Positions 40,197 to 44,854 of a stretch of DNA of 44,854 bases are shown here, one piece after another. Below the pieces are notes generated by a model that saw only the letters and a list, made by a program, of their open reading frames with translations, was not told where the DNA came from and ran no database searches. Numbering within the stretch: the stretch's first letter is position 1; every line of letters starts with the position of its first letter. The stretch is from Bradymonadales bacterium (lineage in GTDB: Bacteria; Bdellovibrionota; UBA2394). The translations under genes and the position numbers were made by a program. The DNA lies in contig REDG01000022.1 of assembly GCA_007693605.1 (NCBI GenBank), forward strand, positions 1 to 44,854, given 5' to 3'.

Positions 40197-40325
40197 GTCT
40201 CTTGGACTTTACAACCTCATATTCGCGTGCTGGTTAACGCATTAAGTTTTGTCCGTACGAAAGGCTTATCCACAATCTCGCGTCAGATGCTTTGTTTCTA
40301 AGCAGCGCCCGTGGGCTACCTTTCA
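40197..40325 (-). ncRNA. predicted bridge RNA / seekRNA in the non-coding region downstream of the transposase
   Basis: Stem-flanked internal loop carrying GCGCUGCU and ACGCGAG (target matches), plus a second stem-loop carrying AUAUGAG (donor-junction match). RNA ends are approximate. Confidence 0.7.
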
Positions 40326-40396
40326 TTCCACTTCATCACTGTTTATTCAATAGTCTCCTCGTCCTTTTTTGATCGTTTGATCAAAGTTTCAAATTC

Positions 40397-41515
40397 TTAA
40401 GCGGCAGCCCTCAGAGACTCCCAAACAAAACCCAGCAGCTCCCGAGCACAAGCCACTTTCACCTTATTGACGGGCTTGCCCGCATACAAAAGCCTGGAGG
40501 ACTTCTTGTGCAGCCGTTTCATACAACGATCCGCAATTTCAACAAGTTTTGGATCCACCCCCTTTCTCTTCTCCTTCAATCTCACACTCAGCTGAGGGAT
40601 TCGAGAGGCCATCTGACAGGCTTCCACTGCACTCGTCCTGATTCGATAATTTCCCATTTTGCTGAGCTGATACCGTCGATGCCGACCCCCGGAGCTATAT
40701 TCTCGCAAATCCAAGCCCGCATAAGAGGTCAACCGACGAGGGTGATCAAACCTCTGGATGTCCCCAAGCTCTGTGATCAAGGTCATCGAGGTCAGGGTGT
40801 CGATCCCCCGATAGCAATTCAAAGCCGCCACTTTTTTTCTATAGAGCGGAGCTTCCGCAATCCTCAAGATCTCTTCATCATAAACGGCCACAGAACTCTC
40901 CATCTGATGGAGCTGACTCAGAAGAATCTTAAGGTTAAACTCAAGGGCCCTTTCCGTGAGCCTCCCGAGTTCGGCCTCTAGCCAATTCAGATGAGACTTT
41001 GTCCAATACGCCGCTTTCTTCGAGCCTCTCGACTCGCGATAATCCAGCTTATGACGCCGACATAAAGCCAAAATATGCCGCTTTAGATCATTTACCTGCT
41101 CCTTCTGAAACTTTCGAGAGCGAATCAAATCTCGAATACTCTCTTCTTTCTCATCAGGGATATGAACAATACTTAACAAGCCCTTCTGGTAATACTCGGC
41201 TAGCTCCCGACAGTCGACCTTGTCCGTCTTCACCGCCTTGCCCACTCGTCGAGGAATCGAAGAGGGGGCCACCACTTCGCACAATACCCCCTTAAGAGCC
41301 AAAGCCCTCTGAAGACTAAAGCCAAGATAGGTCGCCTCGTAACACAGCTTTACGGGCTGACCCAGATCCATAAAAACCTTTAGCTTCTTTAGTAAAGCCC
41401 CCACGCTCGGCTTACACCTGAATTCTACCCGCTTTTCAGGCCGCCCCTCAATGATCCCACAACCGTGAAACGCTTCATCATCGACATCAATTCCTACATA
41501 TGTTACCAACTCCAT
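40397..41515 (-). CDS. IS110 family transposase/recombinase
   Basis: RuvC-like DEDD domain (YVGIDV, CYEAT, KTDKVD) and C-terminal YAGL...YSSGG serine motif. Confidence 0.95.
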   Translation of the reverse strand: MELVTYVGIDVDDEAFHGCGIIEGRPEKRVEFRCKPSVGALLKKLKVFMDLGQPVKLCYEATYLGFSLQRALALKGVLCEVVAPSSIPRRVGKAVKTDKVDCRELAEYYQKGLLSIVHIPDEKEESIRDLIRSRKFQKEQVNDLKRHILALCRRHKLDYRESRGSKKAAYWTKSHLNWLEAELGRLTERALEFNLKILLSQLHQMESSVAVYDEEILRIAEAPLYRKKVAALNCYRGIDTLTSMTLITELGDIQRFDHPRRLTSYAGLDLREYSSGGRHRRYQLSKMGNYRIRTSAVEACQMASRIPQLSVRLKEKRKGVDPKLVEIADRCMKRLHKKSSRLLYAGKPVNKVKVACARELLGFVWESLRAAA

Positions 41516-41763
41516 TGGATGACCTCCTTCTTCTTGTTTACATCTAGAAAATGATCACTTGATCACTTTATGTGTGAGGTAACCAGCCCTCGATTTAAAG
41601 AGGTTGGTCATCCATTATTTCTCGAGTAGTGTTGAACTACACTCCGCTGCTCGTTTCGTCGGCGCCTTGCTGGGCGAAAAAATTGAACGCAATCTGGCGA
41701 GGAGGTGTCTTTCTAGGACTCGAACCCACGAGTGGGGGAGAGGGGCATCAGACACCCCACTTG

Positions 41764-41920
41764 CTCAGATAAGCGCATTTTCGCCATACTTTCTCAGCCT
41801 CGGTACTCACTCAGTTACGTAGCATCCAAACTACGCGCCTTCGTTCGAACGCATCGGCTTCGTCGTCTGGCTCGCTTCTCTTTGTAGCTGGCGAGAAGGT
41901 GTCTTCAGGGACTCGAACCA
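41764..41920 (+). repeat. divergent second type of tRNA-linked hairpin unit
   Basis: TTTTCGCCA/TGGCGAGAA and CGTAG/CTACG stems; ends in an antisense tRNA-His fragment at 41898-41919. Confidence 0.65.
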
Positions 41921-42001
41921 TTTTTCCTCCATTTTCAAGCCGGAGGGTATTTTCAGTGTCGCTCTAAATGGATTTTTGATAGGGGTGAAAAAGGTGGTTT
42001 T

Positions 42002-42664
42002 ATGGGTTTAATCATTCGATCGGTGTTGGTTGGAATCTTTTCTTTGGGGCTTGGATCAGCGAAGGGGAGCGACTGCGCAGCTGTGATTCGTGCAGCAGTA
42101 GTAGACCCCTTTAATGTGACAAGACTTGTGTACTCTAGTCCTGATGCAGTGGGCGAGGCCCTTCGTCGATTTCTACAGTTGGATATGCCTGCTGAGCGGC
42201 GAGAATTGCCACAGGTGCCAGTTGGCTCATTGGCGGAGTTTTTTAGTTTCCATTTGCCTGCCAAGTCTATTGGTGAAATGCATAAGGCGCCTCAAGTTAA
42301 GATTTATGGAGAGATGCTTGCGTGGTTCTGGTTGACTCAGCAGGGCAACATTCCAGATGGGGCGCTGCTGTCATGTCGATCATGTGGGACTTTGCCGGAT
42401 ACCCCTGTATTGGTCGAGATGCGATCCGGCTCTGATGTTGAGAGACTGGAGGCAGGAATGACAATCGCAGGAGTTTCTCGGCCGATCGAAGGAGTTTCGG
42501 AATTTGTTCTCACGATTGAGAGTCGTGATGGCAGATTCAAGGCTCAGTTCGTTGAAGATCTAAGTAGGGGTGGATTTCTGGTAAAAGTCACGACTGTTTC
42601 ACGAGGGCGTTTTCGGAATAGAGTAGAAAGCCATTCATTTCAGGTGGAGTCGCTGGCGCCATAG
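42002..42664 (+). CDS. hypothetical exported protein
   Basis: 220-codon ORF, AAGGTGG RBS-like element, N-terminal signal peptide, CRSC motif. Confidence 0.65.
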   Translation: MGLIIRSVLVGIFSLGLGSAKGSDCAAVIRAAVVDPFNVTRLVYSSPDAVGEALRRFLQLDMPAERRELPQVPVGSLAEFFSFHLPAKSIGEMHKAPQVKIYGEMLAWFWLTQQGNIPDGALLSCRSCGTLPDTPVLVEMRSGSDVERLEAGMTIAGVSRPIEGVSEFVLTIESRDGRFKAQFVEDLSRGGFLVKVTTVSRGRFRNRVESHSFQVESLAP

Positions 42665-42699
42665 TTGTCTTCTTCTTATGAGTTGGCCGACCGCTAATC

Positions 42700-42858
42700 T
42701 TAGGCGGTAACGTTCTGAACTGTTCTCGCATGCCACCTTCCCTTTTTTGTCTTCGGTGGCACCTTCAACGTGTTGAGAATCTCTGAAATTTTCCAATAGC
42801 TATAGCCCTTCTCGCGAAGCTCCTTCATTTTTTCGATGGTCTCGGCCCGCTTTCGCAA
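42700..42858 (-). pseudogene. fragment of a serine-recombinase 'Recombinase' (PF07508-like) DNA-binding domain
   Basis: Manual translation, below the track length cutoff: LRKRAETIEKMKELREKGYSYWKISEILNTLKVPPKTKKGRWHARTVQNVTA*; resembles the C-terminal half of 44074-44481. Confidence 0.65.
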
Positions 42859-42864
42859 TGGAAG

Positions 42865-43392
42865 TCAATGTGCAGGCCGTGCGAGATTAACGGCCTTTGA
42901 TGTGCTGCTGTTGCGAGTTCCCCCAAGCACATACGGGCCGATTTCTTCGGCAGCCCTGGGTAGATAGACAAAGACTTCAAGGTCTGAAATATCTCCCAGG
43001 TGTTTCTCAATCAGAAGCTTTACATCGTGCCACTTTAGGCCACCTAGGCTGCAACCAAGAGCAGGCATTGCAAGTGTGTGAATGCCTAGATCCGTGTAAT
43101 GTTCAGCCAAATACTTAAGGCCAGCTTCAACATCTTCAAGATAAGAAGGTTCTTTCCAATGACGTTTCGTTGGGAAGTTTAAAATCTGAACCTGATCGTC
43201 CTCCCATAGATAAGGAACGCCCGGCTTCACTTCGCCACGTCCGCAGCGCTGTTTATAGTCGTCAAAAAGTGCAGGGTATCGAGCCTTGAACTCAAGAGCG
43301 AGTCCCTTTCCCATCGCCCCCGCACAATTGACAGAGTTGGTGAGAACCTGAGCAGGAGAGTCAAAAATATTTCCTTCCACGTATGTGATCAC
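42865..43392 (-). CDS. darG: macrodomain antitoxin (DNA ADP-ribosylhydrolase), DarG-like
   Basis: MITYVEGNIF, NSVNCAGAMGKGLA..FK..YP, NFPTK, PALGC.LGGL.W. GTG start 43392 overlaps the stop of the restored darT frame (GTGA). Confidence 0.88.
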   Translation of the reverse strand: MITYVEGNIFDSPAQVLTNSVNCAGAMGKGLALEFKARYPALFDDYKQRCGRGEVKPGVPYLWEDDQVQILNFPTKRHWKEPSYLEDVEAGLKYLAEHYTDLGIHTLAMPALGCSLGGLKWHDVKLLIEKHLGDISDLEVFVYLPRAAEEIGPYVLGGTRNSSTSKAVNLARPAH

Positions 43393-44040
43393 TTGTGCCC
43401 TGCCCTTTCTATGAAATACCAACCAGGGTTAATCTTCACTGTCCTATTTATACCAAACCGCTTCAGAACGGCCAAGGTGTTCGCCTGAGCTTCTTTAGAA
43501 TAGCAAATAATATCCAGGATCCAGGAGATGGTCAATTGGCAAAGAATCTGGAACAAGGACTTCAGCCTGTTTCTTACGCTTGAGGTCGAGGTCATGAGCA
43601 TATTTGACGGTCTGGATGGCCTTTGAATCAATGACTGCCAGATCATCTATCGTTTTAAAGACTTTGAATTGAGTATCTATTGAGCGCGCGTTCCCATCAG
43701 AGATGACAACTCCCTGCAGGCTGAGAATGTCCAAGGAAAATCTTAGAAACAGAAGATTGTCGTTCTGATCTTGATTCCGAGCGACCATAGGAGTTTTAAA
43801 GCCAAAATATAGTGGGACGTAATCATGCAGTGGTCGATCTGTTTCTTTGATCCGTATGCCTGCCCTGCCTTTTTGTACGTCCTCATTGGAAAGGTTAAAA
43901 TAAGTACGCCCCCGCATTCGATTGTAAGACTGCAAGTTTCCACATTCAAAAATGCTTTCCAGATTCTGATGGTGAGTCATGTGATGTGCGGGGCCAAGTT
44001 GAAACCGCTCTTTGATTGTCTGGTAGAGGGGCTCTGGCAT
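43389..44040 (-). pseudogene. darT: DarT ssDNA ADP-ribosyltransferase toxin (DUF4433), frameshifted
   Basis: HMTH..NL.SI, LHDYVPLYF..KTPM, SDGNA, KQAEVLV. The C-terminus (...INPGWYF) continues in another frame after a 7-bp tandem duplication at 43512-43526. Confidence 0.88.
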
Positions 44041-44073
44041 TGCCCAAAAATTTGCAAAGATTTTTGGATTTTG

Positions 44074-44481
44074 TCAGGTAATTAATCTCGATGTTAATTT
44101 GAGGGCCTGGCAGCCAAATCCCCCAAAAAACAGTTCTGGCTTGCCATTGGCCCCTTCCCGTCTGCTGCGCTTGAGGATGGAGTGGACGACCTTCCGGTCC
44201 CACTTTTCAAGACCTGTTTTTGTCCTAATATTTTGGCTCGTCAGCCAATCTGCTATTTCTCGATATGTGTTACCGTTGGTACGTAGTCGCCGCATTTCTA
44301 AAATCAATTTTTGCTCAGATCGATGAGGAACGACCTTACCCCTTTCCAGTTTATACCCGAACGCCAATTGGCCAGTGAAGCCTGTTCGTAGCGGCCCCTG
44401 TCTGATCGAGATTCCGAAGAGATCTAAATGCTTCATTACTGACGACCTAGCGCAGCCGATTTCTCTGGCAATTTGGCCCAT
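44074..44481 (-). CDS. small HTH + Recombinase-domain protein with no catalytic serine-resolvase domain; true 5' end unclear
   Basis: QIAREIGCARSSV HTH, AFGY, EQ..I..M..LR..G.TYREIA..L...I.TK...W motif. The frame stays open upstream without an ATG/GTG/TTG start. Confidence 0.7.
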   Translation of the reverse strand: MGQIAREIGCARSSVMKHLDLFGISIRQGPLRTGFTGQLAFGYKLERGKVVPHRSEQKLILEMRRLRTNGNTYREIADWLTSQNIRTKTGLEKWDRKVVHSILKRSRREGANGKPELFFGGFGCQALKLTSRLIT

Positions 44482-44609
44482 AGACTTCCCGTTTTTTACG
44501 TATTCGCGGTATAGAAAATCTCTATCTTTGTATGGCTGAGCCTCAAAAAACGGTGTAGTTATAATGAGATCGCTGTGGGGATCGTTAACTAGTTTACTGG
44601 AGCGTCTTG

Positions 44610-44811
44610 CACCCCATCTTGCGTCCTCTTTTTCCGCCCAGCTTCGTTGCTCTCCTCACTGCGCTGCTCGAGTAGTGTTGAACTACACTCCGCTGCTCGT
44701 TTCGTCGGCGCCTTGCTGGGCGCAAAAATTGAACGCAATCTGGCGAGGAGGTGTCTTTCTAGGGCTCGAACCCACGAAGTGGGGGAGAGGCTCATCAGAC
44801 ACCCCATCTTG
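44610..44811 (+). repeat. tRNA-linked palindromic repeat, intact copy (empty IS target), ending in a 19-bp duplicate of the tRNA-His 3' end and flank
   Basis: CATCAGACACCCCATCTTG at 44793-44811 equals 40076-40094; the body matches copy 1. Confidence 0.93.
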
Positions 44812-44837
44812 ACAGGGTGGTACACCCGTGTAACACT
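44809..44837 (+). promoter_or_regulatory. putative sigma70 promoter with an operator-like palindrome
   Basis: Perfect TTGACA at 44809-44814, weak -10 region (TAACACT), TACAC-cc-GTGTA palindrome in the spacer, ATG at 44844. Confidence 0.45.
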
Positions 44838-44854
44838 TAACCCATGCCCACTGA

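Larger units (their letters stand above)
40143..41623 (-). mobile_element. IS110-family (IS1111-type) insertion sequence, 1481 bp
   Basis: Boundaries set by comparison with the empty site at 44661-44673 (CTC ambiguity). Perfect 14-bp sub-terminal inverted repeats ATGGATGACCAACC (40145-40158) and GGTTGGTCATCCAT (41602-41615). Confidence 0.93.
40083..41763 (+). repeat. tRNA-linked palindromic repeat, copy 1 (40083-40142 + 41624-41763), interrupted by the IS
   Basis: Rejoined 200 bp align to 44610-44811 with about 6 differences. Confidence 0.92.

Noticed and set aside
39843..40301. Track ORFs 39843-40190 and 39939-40301 (also 41604-41822, 44564-44812, 44589-44825)
   Set aside because: They overlap the tRNA, the IS end or the repeats; shadow frames with no protein motifs.
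41704..41759. Additional tRNA genes at 41704-41759, 41898-41919 and 44750-44806
   Set aside because: Only T-arm and acceptor fragments are present; no D arm or anticodon arm.
40076..44811. CRISPR array interpretation of the recurring CATCAGACACCCCA and GGACTCGAACC motifs
   Set aside because: Spacing is irregular, the motifs are tRNA-derived, and no cas genes are present.
44610..44811. Classical integron attC site
   Set aside because: No RYYYAAC...GTTRRRY terminal boxes at the palindrome ends and no intI in the window; only a loose structural analogy.

Overview
Bacterial chromosomal window. The lineage is probably Bdellovibrionota or delta-proteobacterial (inferred from fused nuoCD, a split nuo locus and tamB-omp85 gene order). 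Bases 1-39.9 kb are mostly housekeeping: a DAACS transporter, Wza-like and Wzz-like polysaccharide export genes, a TrxR-like oxidoreductase, blc, queCDE, nfu, miaE, a TPP riboswitch with an SSS transporter, tamB plus an Omp85 gene, ppx, tolQRAB, ftsEX/envC-like/ctpA, xseA, mscS and the soluble-arm complex I genes nuoB-CD-E-F-G-I. The last ~4.8 kb is an accessory region anchored on tRNA-His(GUG). It holds a ~200-bp palindromic repeat that carries both an antisense copy of the tRNA 3' half and a direct copy of the tRNA 3' end (two near-identical copies plus one divergent variant). Copy 1 is split by an IS110-family (IS1111-type) element. The empty target survives in the other copy, so IS ends, core and candidate bridge/seekRNA guides can be read from the sequence. 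Between the repeats lie an orphan gene, a darTG module whose toxin is frameshifted by a 7-bp tandem duplication, and two recombinase-domain ORFs with no catalytic domain. All product calls come from motif recognition by eye; no database searches were run.
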